Below are positions 19,233-28,981 of a stretch of 64,000 bases of DNA, piece by piece. The notes beneath the pieces are model-generated. The model searched no databases. It saw nothing but the letters and a program-made list of their open reading frames with translations, and had not been told where the DNA came from. Position 1 is the first letter of the stretch. Each line of letters opens with the position of its first letter. This stretch comes from Chloroflexota bacterium (GTDB lineage: Bacteria; Desulfobacterota; Binatia; UBA9968), in assembly GCA_050257635.1 (NCBI GenBank), contig JBLMXG010000226.1:9032-73031 (forward strand), written 5' to 3'. The translations under genes were made by a program, and so were the position numbers.

Positions 19233-20345
19233 ATGCCAATAAACTGTTTTAGTGTGATCATCGCCGGCGGTAAGGGAACGCGTTTCTGGCCGCTCAGTCG
19301 CGCCCGACGACCGAAGCAGTTGCTGAAGATCCTGAGCCACAAAAGCCTGCTCCAGGAAACCGCCGAGCGCGTCTATCCGCTCAGCGGCCGGAAACAAACC
19401 CTGGTTATCACCGTGGCCGATCAGATCGCGGCCTTGCGCCGCGAATTGCGCGCCTTGCCGAAAACCAATTTTCTCGCCGAGCCGGTCGGCAAAAATACCG
19501 CGCCCTGCATCGGTCTGGCCGCTTTGGAAGTGATCCGGCAAAATCCCGACGCCATCATGATCGTGCTGCCCGCCGATCATTGGATAGCCGATGGAGTGGC
19601 GTTTCGACGCACGCTGAAAGCTGCGGTCGATCTAGCCAGTCGGCACAACCGTTTGGTCACAATAGGAATCCGACCAGACTACCCGGAAACGGGTTATGGC
19701 TACATCACGAAAGGTAAAGCGTTCGGCGCAACGCATTCCTTAAGAGCCTTTGTGGTAAAAAATTTTACTGAGAAGCCCAGGCTCGCGCTCGCGCGGCGAC
19801 TGGTGCGCCGAGGCTCTTTGTGGAACAGCGGGATCTTTGTCTGGAAGGCTGCCATGTTGCTTCAACTTCTCTCTCGGCATCAGCCGGCCATCGCCAAGAG
19901 TCTGCGAGCCATCGAACACGCCGCCGGAGGAAAGTCGCTCGCCGCGCCGAATCCGAAACTTCGCGCGATCGTCGCGCGCGAGTACGCGAAGCTGCCAGGA
20001 ATGTCCATCGATTACGCGTTGATGGAGAAGGCTGGCGCCGAAGGTAAAGTTTTGACTGTCGAAGCGGACTTCGGCTGGAGCGATGTCGGCAGCTGGGCAG
20101 CAGTGCATCGCATGATGAAGCAAGACACCGACGGCAATGCCGGCGCTGGCCGCTGGGTGGGCCTCGGCGCGAGGAATTGCCTGGTCCATGCCGCGGACCG
20201 ATTGGTGGTCCTCCTCGGCGTGGAAAATACCGTGGTTGTGGACACGCCGGACGCGCTTTTAGTCGGCGACCTCAGACGCTCCCAGGAAGTGCGCGACTTG
20301 GTCGACGCGTTGCATCGCAAAGGGCTCGGCTCCTATACGATCTGA
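19233..20345 (+). CDS. Mannose-1-phosphate guanylyltransferase (NTP-transferase family)
   Basis: N-terminal IIAGGKGTRFWPLSR motif. The 370-aa length and overall similarity fit ManC/GDP-mannose pyrophosphorylase without a PMI domain. Confidence 0.85.
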   Translation: MPINCFSVIIAGGKGTRFWPLSRARRPKQLLKILSHKSLLQETAERVYPLSGRKQTLVITVADQIAALRRELRALPKTNFLAEPVGKNTAPCIGLAALEVIRQNPDAIMIVLPADHWIADGVAFRRTLKAAVDLASRHNRLVTIGIRPDYPETGYGYITKGKAFGATHSLRAFVVKNFTEKPRLALARRLVRRGSLWNSGIFVWKAAMLLQLLSRHQPAIAKSLRAIEHAAGGKSLAAPNPKLRAIVAREYAKLPGMSIDYALMEKAGAEGKVLTVEADFGWSDVGSWAAVHRMMKQDTDGNAGAGRWVGLGARNCLVHAADRLVVLLGVENTVVVDTPDALLVGDLRRSQEVRDLVDALHRKGLGSYTI

Positions 20346-20373
20346 TTTTCCAAGGCCGAACTCCATCAATACC

Positions 20374-21195
20374 GTGAACATACACTACCCCAGGGGACCG
20401 TTTCAGCCCGACGAAGCCGTGGTGTTGCTCGATCGCAAAGACCGCGAGTATCTTGTGCGCCTCGATCAACGCCGCGGCATTTCGATCCGCGGCGGCAAGA
20501 TCGCGGTCGAGGCCATTGTTGGACGCGACGAAGGTTGCGTGATTCGCTCGTCGGTGAACGAGCCGTTCTTAGTGTTTCGCCCCAGCTTGCCGCAACTGAT
20601 TCCTAACCTGCCACGCAGCGCCCAGGTGATCTATCCCAAAGACATCGGACCGATTTTGCTATGGGCCGATCTTTTTCCCGGCGCGCACGTCGTCGAAGCC
20701 GGCGTCGGCGCCGGCGCGCTTAGCATGGCTCTCTTACGCGCCATCGGCGACTCCGGTCGATTGATTTCCTATGAGATCCGCGAAGACTTTGCGGAGCTCG
20801 CCCAGAAAAACGTCGCGCGCTATTTTGGTGCCGCGCTCAATTGGACGGTAAAAATCGCCGACGTAGCCCGGGAGCTCGACGAAACCGACATCGATCGTGT
20901 GATCCTCGATCTCCCGGAACCCTGGGCTGTGGTCGAACGGGCGTGGAAGGCTCTCAGGCCGGGCGGGATTTTGCTCTGTTATTTGCCGACGGTGTTGCAG
21001 GTCAAAAGTCTGGTGGACGCACTGCGCGACGACAAGCGCTTTGCCTGTATTGAAACCACCGAAACTTTGATGCGCTACTGGCACTTCAAAGGCATGAGCG
21101 CGCGGCCGCAGCACCGCATGGTAGCGCACACCGGTTTTCTCACGTCGGCGCGCCGCTTGGCGGACGGGGAAAAAGACATTCCCCGAGCCCCCTAA
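20374..21195 (+). CDS. trmI: tRNA (adenine(58)-N1)-methyltransferase TrmI (GCD14 family)
   Basis: GTG start. N-terminal beta domain (VVLLDRKDREYLVRL), SAM motif VEAGVGAGALS and DLPEPW motif. Confidence 0.88.
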   Translation: MNIHYPRGPFQPDEAVVLLDRKDREYLVRLDQRRGISIRGGKIAVEAIVGRDEGCVIRSSVNEPFLVFRPSLPQLIPNLPRSAQVIYPKDIGPILLWADLFPGAHVVEAGVGAGALSMALLRAIGDSGRLISYEIREDFAELAQKNVARYFGAALNWTVKIADVARELDETDIDRVILDLPEPWAVVERAWKALRPGGILLCYLPTVLQVKSLVDALRDDKRFACIETTETLMRYWHFKGMSARPQHRMVAHTGFLTSARRLADGEKDIPRAP

Positions 21196-21283
21196 GTTTT
21201 GTTACTTGGGAACCCGGGGAATGAAATAAAGTTGCTAGTCTGCGGGCAATGAGAAGCTGGTAACTGAGCAGGGCTAACCGCGC

Positions 21284-21703
21284 TTACGGTCGCGCCCAGA
21301 GCTGAATGTAATTCTGCTCGGTGTCGAAAAAGTAGATCGCCTTGCCGGTGGGACGAACCACGGGCTGGTCGATCAGTATTTTAATTCCAGCCTTTTTGAG
21401 TTCATCGGTGGCTTTGTCAAAATCGTCCGAGCTCACTTCCAAGGCCAAGTGCGAAGTTCCTTCGTCGAAATCGCCCCGTTCCACCGTCGCCGGTCTTTGG
21501 AAAAGAACCAGACACATGCCGTCTTCCATAAACAGCCGGGCAATGTTGGGAAACATGCCGTATTTGTCCTTGTACGGGCCGCCGCTTTCGGTATCGTAGC
21601 CGATTTTGGTGCACTTCATGCCGAGTACGTCGCTGTAAAACTTCACCGCCCGTTCGAGATCGTTGCACGGCAAGCCGATGTGATAAATTTGTTTGACCTT
21701 CAT
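21284..21703 (-). CDS. VOC (glyoxalase/bleomycin-resistance/dioxygenase) family protein
   Basis: 139 aa, IYHIGLPCNDLERAVKFYSDVLGM...HLALEV pattern. AGGAGG lies 9 nt upstream. Confidence 0.8.
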   Translation of the reverse strand: MKVKQIYHIGLPCNDLERAVKFYSDVLGMKCTKIGYDTESGGPYKDKYGMFPNIARLFMEDGMCLVLFQRPATVERGDFDEGTSHLALEVSSDDFDKATDELKKAGIKILIDQPVVRPTGKAIYFFDTEQNYIQLWARP

Positions 21704-21851
21704 CCGACGGGTCCTCCTTGCTGGTGTTGGTATACTGTAACTCGCCGGCCGGTTTCAAGAGACCGGCGCGCGCAGCGCCATAGGCATCAGCACACCTGTC
21801 ATCGCCAACTTCTTGACATCGGCGCTGAATGCACTAAACATCGAATGCCTA

Positions 21852-22832
21852 ATGAAGCTACTCATAACCAAATTATTTTGTGTAGTGCTCGTGGCGGGGC
21901 TGAATTTTCCGACCAGCGCCCCGGCGCAACCAAGCCTCGAACGGATCGTCATCACCTATCCGAGCCGAAGCATCGCGTCCGTCGATCTCTATATCGCTCA
22001 GGATCGTGGTTTCTTCCGCCAGGAGGGACTGCGCGCCGAAGTCGTGCAGGTCCGCGGAAACATCGGCGTCACCGCTTTGCTGAGCGGAGAGGCCCAAGCC
22101 ATCAACAACGTCGGCACGGTGATCCGCGCCCTGGAGCGATCCGATCTGCCGTTAAAAGTTGTCTCGCAGAGCTTGAAGAAAAACCTTTTTTGGCTGGTTA
22201 CCAAACCCGAGTTCAAATCTCTTGCCGAGCTCAAAGGCAAGATCCTCGGCACCACGACCTATGGCGGCTCGCAGCATCTGGCCGCCCTGCGGCTCCTGCA
22301 AAAAGCCGGTCTGGACCCTGAAAAAGATATTACCACGGTCATCGGCGGCGACGTTCCGGCGCAACTGCAAAGCCTCGTCAGCGGCGCCATCCAAGTGGCC
22401 GCGCTGTCTCCACCCACCGTCATTATAGCCCGCGACAAATTCAAATTGAGAATTCACGGCAGCACGCTCGAAGACCTGCCGAACTTGCAGAACGGCTTGG
22501 CATTCACGGAAAAAACCTTGCGCGAGCGCAGGGATCTGGTCAAGCGCATCTTGCGCGCCCGTTCCCGCGCCCACCGTTACTTCCGGGCAAACGAGCGCGG
22601 CACCGCTGAGGTTCTGGCAAAATATTTGAACGTGGATATTCCGGTCGCGCTGGAATCCTATCGGCTCGCGCGTCCGGCGTTTACCGCCAACGGTTTACCG
22701 ACCGACAAAGAGGTTGAGGATTTTTTGCGCGCCGACGCCGACGCGCTCAAGCTGCGCGAGCCGGCACCCGCGGCGAAAATCTTCGATTTCAGTCTGCAAA
22801 GAGAAGTGAATCAGGAATTGGGCATCAAATAG
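21852..22832 (+). CDS. NitT/TauT-family ABC substrate-binding protein (NMT1-like)
   Basis: ATG at 21852 gives the signal peptide MKLLITKLFCVVLVAGLNFPTSAPA. First gene of the transporter operon. Confidence 0.85.
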   Translation: MKLLITKLFCVVLVAGLNFPTSAPAQPSLERIVITYPSRSIASVDLYIAQDRGFFRQEGLRAEVVQVRGNIGVTALLSGEAQAINNVGTVIRALERSDLPLKVVSQSLKKNLFWLVTKPEFKSLAELKGKILGTTTYGGSQHLAALRLLQKAGLDPEKDITTVIGGDVPAQLQSLVSGAIQVAALSPPTVIIARDKFKLRIHGSTLEDLPNLQNGLAFTEKTLRERRDLVKRILRARSRAHRYFRANERGTAEVLAKYLNVDIPVALESYRLARPAFTANGLPTDKEVEDFLRADADALKLREPAPAAKIFDFSLQREVNQELGIK

Positions 22833-22843
22833 CGCGGCGGGTC

Positions 22844-23626
22844 ATGACACCGTTCATACGGGCGCAAAACTTAGCTCTCTCGTTTCGGCCCAAGAACCGC
22901 GAGCCGGTCACGGCGCTCACCGACTTGAACCTCGCCGTCGCCAGAGGCGAGTTCGTCAGCATTGTCGGCCCCTCGGGCTGCGGCAAGAGCACCTTCCTTA
23001 ACATCCTCCTCGGTTTGATCAAACACGATAGCGGCACGCTGGAGTTCAACGGCGCGCCGGTCACCGGCCCGAGCCAGGAACGAGCCATGGTCTTCCAGGA
23101 GTTCGGCTTGCTGCCGTGGCGAACGGTGGCGGCCAATGTCGAGCTCGGTTTGGAGCTCAAGGGGATCGGCGCCGGGCAACGAGCCGAGCGCGCCGCGGAG
23201 CTGATCAAACTCGTCGGCCTGACAGGCTTCGAGCGTCACTATCCCCATGAGCTCTCCGGCGGTATGAAGCAGCGCGTCGGCCTCGCCCGTGCGCTGGCAA
23301 CCGAACCGGAGGTGCTCCTGATGGACGAACCTTTCGCCGCCCTTGATGCGCAGACCCGCGACCTGATGCAGACCGAGTTGCTGCAAATATGGGAGCGCAC
23401 CAAAAAAACGGTTCTCTTTGTCACCCACAGCATCGAAGAGGCGGCGTATCTTTCCGACCGAGTCATTGTCATGACCGCAAGACCCGGCCGCACCAAAGAC
23501 GTTATTCAAATCGAGCTGCCGCGGCCGAGAGATTATGAGATGCGGCTGACGCCCGAATTCAATGATATCAAGCTGCGTATCTGGGAAGTGCTCAAAGAAG
23601 AGCTGACCTCCCAACCAAGGCCATGA
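22844..23626 (+). CDS. ABC transporter ATP-binding protein (NitT/TauT family)
   Basis: Walker A GPSGCGKST, signature LSGGMKQRV, Walker B LLMDEPF. Confidence 0.95.
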   Translation: MTPFIRAQNLALSFRPKNREPVTALTDLNLAVARGEFVSIVGPSGCGKSTFLNILLGLIKHDSGTLEFNGAPVTGPSQERAMVFQEFGLLPWRTVAANVELGLELKGIGAGQRAERAAELIKLVGLTGFERHYPHELSGGMKQRVGLARALATEPEVLLMDEPFAALDAQTRDLMQTELLQIWERTKKTVLFVTHSIEEAAYLSDRVIVMTARPGRTKDVIQIELPRPRDYEMRLTPEFNDIKLRIWEVLKEELTSQPRP

Positions 23627-24405
23627 AAGCTTATTTTGCCGAACATCGCCGGCTCTGGCTTGGGCTATCCTCCGCGTTCACGTTGACCTGTGCTTGGGAG
23701 TTGCTGCTCACTTACGTTTTTCCCGTGGACCCTTTCTTTTTTACCAAACCTTCGCTCATCGCAGTCGCCTTCATGGAACAAATTCAAGGCGCCAAGCTAT
23801 GGCATGATCTAGCCGTGAGCAGCCAAGCATTTATCTGGGGCTTCGGTTTTGCAGTTGTCGTCGGTATCCCCGTGGGTCTCGTCATGGGCTGGCGGCGCCG
23901 GATCGAATATTCCCTCGATCCTTTTCTGACCGCGCTCTATGCCAGCCCGCTGATCGCTCTAGCGCCGTTGTTCATCATTATCTTTGGCGTCGGTGTGACC
24001 GGGAAAGCGGCTCTAGTGTTTTTGCTGTCGGTGTTCCCGTTCGTCTTCAACACCTTTGCCGGAGTGAAATCGACCGACTTGTTATTGATCAACGTGATTC
24101 GATCCTTCGGCGGCGGGGAAAAAGATCTCTATTTGAAGGTCATACTGCCGAGCACCCTGCCTTACATCATCGCTGGCGCGCGACTGGCGATCGGCCGAGG
24201 CCTGGTAGGAATCATTGTCGGCGAATTCTACGCTGCTTCGGAGGGCATCGGTTTTGCCATTTCCCAGGCCGGCGACACCTATCGCCTGCCCGACATGTTC
24301 GTCGGCATTATCATTCTGTCGCTGATCGCCGTGACTTTAACCGAGATCATGCGCAAATTGGAGCTTATGGTCGCGCCCTGGCGCGCCGGCGACGAGGTGC
24401 GCTGA
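23623..24405 (+). CDS. ABC transporter permease (BPD_transp_1 type)
   Basis: Six TM helices and an EAA-like loop (SFGGGEKDLYLKVILPSTLPYIIAGARLAIGRGL). ATGA overlap with the ATPase gene. Confidence 0.9.
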   Translation: MKAYFAEHRRLWLGLSSAFTLTCAWELLLTYVFPVDPFFFTKPSLIAVAFMEQIQGAKLWHDLAVSSQAFIWGFGFAVVVGIPVGLVMGWRRRIEYSLDPFLTALYASPLIALAPLFIIIFGVGVTGKAALVFLLSVFPFVFNTFAGVKSTDLLLINVIRSFGGGEKDLYLKVILPSTLPYIIAGARLAIGRGLVGIIVGEFYAASEGIGFAISQAGDTYRLPDMFVGIIILSLIAVTLTEIMRKLELMVAPWRAGDEVR

Positions 24406-25202
24406 TGAAAGTTAAACAAATGATTGCCGAGCATGAATCGTTCATCCTGGGTAGCGGTTTTATTTTACTCTTGCTCGTCGTCTGGCAAAGCGTCCCGCTT
24501 TGGTACACCTTGCCCAAAGGAATGGCGCTTTTTTTCACCACACCTTCAAAAATCGCCGCTGCCTTCTACGAACTGCTTCTCAATGGCCAGATCGAAAAAC
24601 ATTTTTACGTCAGCGCTACGGCTTTTCTCGCCGGCCTGGCTCTATCGATCGTCGTCGGTCTGCCTTTGGGTCTCCTCATGGGAAGGTCGGCCGTGCTCGA
24701 GAATTTACTCGATCCTTACGTGACGGCAGCCAACGCGACCCCACGGATAGTTTTTTTGCCGCTCTTGATTCTCTGGTTCGGCATCGGCATTTGGTCGAAA
24801 ATCTTGATCGTCTTCGCCGGCGCGGTTTTTCCGCTGCTGATCAACACCTATATCGGCGTCAAGAATGTCAACCGCGTTCTGGTCAACGTGGTGCGCTCTT
24901 TCGGCGCCAACGAGTGGCAACTGATGAAGATCGTTGTGCTGCCGAACTCGGTTCCATATTTGATCGCAGGGCTAAGGCTCGCCATCGGTCGAGCGATCCT
25001 CGGCGTGGTCGTCGGTGAGTTTTTCGGTTCGAGCGAAGGGTTGGGTTACATGATCGCTTCAGCGGCAACGAATTACAAAGTCGATGTGGTTTTTGTCGGC
25101 GTCGGCATCTTCATGGCGCTGTCGGTCATCCTCACCCTCGCCGTGAAACATTTGGAATCCCGCCTCGCCCGTTGGCGCCCGGAGACGGCGAAGACGTTCT
25201 GA
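24405..25202 (+). CDS. ABC transporter permease, second paralogous subunit
   Basis: Paralog of the preceding permease (SFGANEWQLMKIVVLPNSVPYLIAGLRLAIGRAI). Start overlaps the previous stop. Confidence 0.9.
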   Translation: MKVKQMIAEHESFILGSGFILLLLVVWQSVPLWYTLPKGMALFFTTPSKIAAAFYELLLNGQIEKHFYVSATAFLAGLALSIVVGLPLGLLMGRSAVLENLLDPYVTAANATPRIVFLPLLILWFGIGIWSKILIVFAGAVFPLLINTYIGVKNVNRVLVNVVRSFGANEWQLMKIVVLPNSVPYLIAGLRLAIGRAILGVVVGEFFGSSEGLGYMIASAATNYKVDVVFVGVGIFMALSVILTLAVKHLESRLARWRPETAKTF

Positions 25203-25285
25203 GCGTTTTCCTCGACACAGCAACCCCCAGCAGCCGATGAACGAAATATTGGGTGCGGGCTCTCTTGCCCGATCGAGGTCTGCAT

Positions 25286-26305
25286 TTACTTCCCTCCCGG
25301 CTTGCGTCCCATCTCCTTTAGTACTTCGTTGACGATGCTGCGATCGACAAACTGATTCAAGTCCGGCAACGGTTTTCCCTGCGGCCAGCCGAGTTCCGGC
25401 GTGGTCCGGGATTCAAAAAGGTCCTTGATCAGATCCGGAGGCATCTCCGGGCTGTATTTGTCGTAGACTTGATTGTAAATGTTCTCGACGACTTTGGCGT
25501 CTTTGATTTCAAAATACTTCGCGATGACCTCCATCGTGCCCTTTTTGTTCGACTTGATATAATCCTCGGCTTTTATGAGACCCCGCGTGAATCGCTTTAC
25601 GACATCGCGTTTTTCTCTGAGAAAGTCCTTGTGCGTCAGGAACGTTCCGCCCAGCCGCGGGATGTAGTCGCCGGTGCGCAGCAAAATCTTCATCCCTTCC
25701 TTTTCCGCCCGCGCGGCATGGGGAAAAGACAAGACACCGCCCTGGATCGAGCCCTGAATCAGAGCCGCGATCCGGTCCGGCTCGCCGGTGAAACTGATAA
25801 TCTTGTAATCCTTGCCCGGCTGCATATGAAAATGCTGGCCGAGCGTGATGACCATTTCGCTGTAGTCAGCCGACCCCGGTCGGCCCAATCCCAGGGTTTT
25901 ACCTCTCAAATCTTCAACGCGCTTGATGTCCGGCGTCGTGGTCAGCGTCCACTGCGAGATCAGAGACTCCCCAGCGAAAAAAACCAGCGGCGCTCCTTTG
26001 AGCATGGCTTCGGAACCACCCCCGGGAATCGGCGAAAACTCGATTTCCTTCGCGATGGTCGCTCTGACCAGCACCCCCGCAGTCGCGGCGATAAAATGAG
26101 CGTCCAAACCCTCCGCCTTCAGGAATCCTTTGTCGATGGCGACATAGGAAGGAATGTGGAAACCGCTCCCTCCCGTCGTCCGGCCGATCCTGACCGATTG
26201 CGCCAACGAAGGGGCACCGGCAACCAGTGTAGCAACCGTGGCGGTCAGAGCCGCTCGCAGTATGACGCAAAGACTGCGCCTCCGAATGTTGTTGAAGAGA
26301 TCCAT
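25286..26305 (-). CDS. Second NMT1-like ABC substrate-binding protein (convergent)
   Basis: 339 aa, signal-like N-terminus ending SLAQS, same fold family as 21852..22832. Confidence 0.82.
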   Translation of the reverse strand: MDLFNNIRRRSLCVILRAALTATVATLVAGAPSLAQSVRIGRTTGGSGFHIPSYVAIDKGFLKAEGLDAHFIAATAGVLVRATIAKEIEFSPIPGGGSEAMLKGAPLVFFAGESLISQWTLTTTPDIKRVEDLRGKTLGLGRPGSADYSEMVITLGQHFHMQPGKDYKIISFTGEPDRIAALIQGSIQGGVLSFPHAARAEKEGMKILLRTGDYIPRLGGTFLTHKDFLREKRDVVKRFTRGLIKAEDYIKSNKKGTMEVIAKYFEIKDAKVVENIYNQVYDKYSPEMPPDLIKDLFESRTTPELGWPQGKPLPDLNQFVDRSIVNEVLKEMGRKPGGK

Positions 26306-26454
26306 GAGTTGTCCCCTTTCTCGTGAACCGATGGTACGAAATCGCCCCTACAATAATCTCGACCCGGCCGTTTAAGCAAGCCGTTTCGTCCTGATTGACA
26401 GTCTTGCGGCGCCAACTTAATGTGGTCTTCCACATCACCGCAGGAGGAATCTCA

Positions 26455-27405
26455 ATGAACATTCTCATCACCGGGGCTGGATTGATCGGCTCCAATGCCG
26501 CGCGCCACGCCGTCGATGCCGGCCATAGGGTCGTGCTTTTCGATCTTTCGCCCAACCGCGAGTACATTCAGAAAATCGTCGGCAAGGACAAAACCGACGT
26601 GATTGCGGCCGACATGCGCGACTTGCCTGCGCTCTTGAGCGCCCTGGAAAAGTTCAACGTTGACACGATCGTACACACCGCAGGGTTGATCGGCGGCCGG
26701 GTCCAGGAAAATTCCTACACCGGCGCCACCAACAACATTCTCGGCACCATCAACGTCCTGGAAGCCGCGCGGCTGCGCAGGCTGCGCCGGGTGGTTTATG
26801 TCAGCACCTTCGGGGTTTACGAACGGAGCAAAATCACCGACTCCGTCATCCGCGAAACCCATCCGATCGGTGGCCATAACCTTTACGCGACGACCAAAGT
26901 TTGCTCCGAGCATCTGGTTCATGCCTATGCGAACATGTATAACCTCGACACCGTGATCATTCGGCCCGGCGGCGTGTTCGGTCGCGGCTTTTACGTCGGC
27001 GGCTCCACCGTCGGCATGGTCATGCGCGACCTGGCGCTGGGCATGATCAAAGGCGACCCGCTCACCATCGACGCCAAAATTTACGGCCCCAACGAATATG
27101 TCTACGGCAAAGACGTCGGCATGGCGCTGCTCCTCGCCTGTCAGGCGCAGAGTCCCAAACAGCGCATCTACAACGCCGGCACGGGTGTGGTCCACCGCGC
27201 CGAGGATCTCGCTCAAGCGGTACGCGAAGTCGCGCCCAAACTCGAGGTTAAAGTCAGCGATGCCAGCAGCGCCGATAGGAGCCGCAGCATTCCGATGGAC
27301 ATCAGCGTGTCGAAGGCCGAATTGGGCTATGGGCCGAAGTTTTTGCTCAAAGAGGCATTGCGGGATTACATGGACGAGCTCTGGGCTGACGGCGCGCGCC
27401 CTTGA
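26455..27405 (+). CDS. NAD-dependent epimerase/dehydratase family protein
   Basis: AGGAGG precedes the ATG at 26455. Rossmann motif ILITGAGLIGSN and catalytic YATTK. Confidence 0.88.
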   Translation: MNILITGAGLIGSNAARHAVDAGHRVVLFDLSPNREYIQKIVGKDKTDVIAADMRDLPALLSALEKFNVDTIVHTAGLIGGRVQENSYTGATNNILGTINVLEAARLRRLRRVVYVSTFGVYERSKITDSVIRETHPIGGHNLYATTKVCSEHLVHAYANMYNLDTVIIRPGGVFGRGFYVGGSTVGMVMRDLALGMIKGDPLTIDAKIYGPNEYVYGKDVGMALLLACQAQSPKQRIYNAGTGVVHRAEDLAQAVREVAPKLEVKVSDASSADRSRSIPMDISVSKAELGYGPKFLLKEALRDYMDELWADGARP

Positions 27406-27450
27406 TCGTGGGAGCATGCACGCAGTGCCACCAGCCACCGCTGGGCGCGG

Positions 27451-28161
27451 TTAATCGGTGAAGCGAAAGCGGATCATGTAATACAACGCGGCCAGACCGT
27501 CCTTCCAGGTTATCTTTTTGCCCTCCTCGTAGGTGCGGCCGTGGTACGAAATCGGCACTTCGTAGAAGCGGCACCGTTGTTTCGCCAGTTTCATGGTGAT
27601 CTCGGGTTCGAAACCGAAGCGCTTCGATTTGAGCTCGATCCCTTTCAACAGCTCGGCGCGAAAAACCTTGTAGCCCACTTCCATGTCGGAGAGATTGAGA
27701 TTGGTCAGCATATTGGACAGCAGCGTGAGCAGGCGATTGCCCATAGAATGCCAGAAAAACAGCACGCGATGCGGGCCGCCGCCGGCGAATCGGGTGCCGT
27801 ATACGACATCGGCCAGACCGGCTTGGATGGGCTGAAGCAAGCTGGGGTAATCCTTAGGATCGTACTCCAGATCGGCGTCTTGAATGATCACGACATCGCC
27901 GGTCACGTGGCCGATGGCGGCTTTCAATGCCGCTCCTTTGCCTTCATTTTGCGACTGAAAAAAAACCCTGAGCTTATTGAGCCCATCCTGCGCGTGATCG
28001 TTCTCCTGTTGCAGCCGAGCGAGTATTTCTCGGCTGCGGTCCTTCGAGCCATCGTCGACGAGGATAATCTCTTTGGCCATCGGCACCGTGCAGACGCGGC
28101 GGACAAGCTCTTCCAACGTGCGCTCTTCGTTGTAGACGGGAACCAGGACGGAGAGCTTCAC
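27451..28161 (-). CDS. Family 2 glycosyltransferase (polyprenol-phosphate sugar transferase-like)
   Basis: LSVLVPVYNEE...IILVDDGSKD...IIQDADLEYDP. The GTG start overlaps the PAC2 stop (GTGA). Confidence 0.88.
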   Translation of the reverse strand: MKLSVLVPVYNEERTLEELVRRVCTVPMAKEIILVDDGSKDRSREILARLQQENDHAQDGLNKLRVFFQSQNEGKGAALKAAIGHVTGDVVIIQDADLEYDPKDYPSLLQPIQAGLADVVYGTRFAGGGPHRVLFFWHSMGNRLLTLLSNMLTNLNLSDMEVGYKVFRAELLKGIELKSKRFGFEPEITMKLAKQRCRFYEVPISYHGRTYEEGKKITWKDGLAALYYMIRFRFTD

Positions 28162-28937
28162 TGTTCGAATTCGCGTTTCTTCAACTCGCGCACAAACGCG
28201 GAGAGTTTGGGATCGGTGTTGACGGCATCATTGATCTTGGCCTGAAAGTCGGCGGCGGCGCGCTCGAGCGGACTGGTGTCTACACGCAAGCCGAGCCACT
28301 GATTGAGCCGGAGCAATAACGCCAGGGTGCCGCGCGGGTTGGGCGACACTGCAAGGTAATGGGGCAGCGACGCCCATAAGCTCAGGTGAGGCATGTTGGC
28401 AGCACGGCAGGCGTCGGCGAGTACGCCGATGATACCCGTCGGACCTTGATAGCGGGACGGCACCAGATCCAGCTCCTCCATCAGCTTGGGATCGGTCGAA
28501 AAGCCGCTGAGCGGCACCGGACGCGTGTAGAGCACTTCATCGAGATAAGCGCCCAAAGTCACCACCATTTCCACCTCGCATTCCTGTGCAAAGCGCAGCA
28601 TGGTCTCGGTAAACGTGCGCCAGCGCAGGTGCGGCTCGGCACCGATGCCGAGAACGAAATCCTTGTCGATGCCGATGCCGGCGCCATGGTAGAAATCGTA
28701 GGACGGCCAATGAATCTCGCGCATCTTCTGCTCGTTCAGTCGCACCACCGGTCGCTGGCGGTAAAAATCATAAAATTCTTCGGGATCGATGCCGGCAAAT
28801 TTCTTGGCGATCAGCTGGTCGACCAGATAGCGCACCGCAGTGGTCGCCGCCGCGCCGGCATCGCTCCACCCGGCAAAGGAGAGCACCAACAGAGGAGTGC
28901 GCAACGCGGGACGGTGGTCAATGCTCAGGGCTTCCAT
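28158..28937 (-). CDS. PAC2 (proteasome assembly chaperone 2-like) family protein
   Basis: ATG at 28937 (MEALSIDHRPALRTPLLVLSFAGWSDAGAAAT...) matches bacterial PAC2-family N-termini. The upstream Arg-rich 123 codons of the ORF look non-coding. Confidence 0.8.
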   Translation of the reverse strand: MEALSIDHRPALRTPLLVLSFAGWSDAGAAATTAVRYLVDQLIAKKFAGIDPEEFYDFYRQRPVVRLNEQKMREIHWPSYDFYHGAGIGIDKDFVLGIGAEPHLRWRTFTETMLRFAQECEVEMVVTLGAYLDEVLYTRPVPLSGFSTDPKLMEELDLVPSRYQGPTGIIGVLADACRAANMPHLSLWASLPHYLAVSPNPRGTLALLLRLNQWLGLRVDTSPLERAAADFQAKINDAVNTDPKLSAFVRELKKREFEQ

Positions 28938-28981
28938 CCTTCTAATGTACCATATCCGCATCGCATCGCTCCAGAAAAAAA

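Noticed and set aside
18216-19580. Extended 454-aa version of the pseudouridine synthase ORF. Similar long N-terminal extensions occur at 28158-29306, 11592-12476 and 61108-62595.
   Set aside because: The upstream extensions overlap neighbouring genes or divergent promoters, lack family similarity and are Arg/Gly-rich. Internal ATGs coincide with canonical domain N-termini and, in several cases, with strong Shine-Dalgarno sequences.
21704-21851. Guanidine (ykkC-type) or other riboswitch upstream of the NitT/TauT-type ABC operon
   Set aside because: I read the 148-nt leader on the sense strand. None of the conserved ykkC, TPP, cobalamin or SAM core sequences that I know is present. There is only a TTGACA-16-TAAACA promoter-like element.
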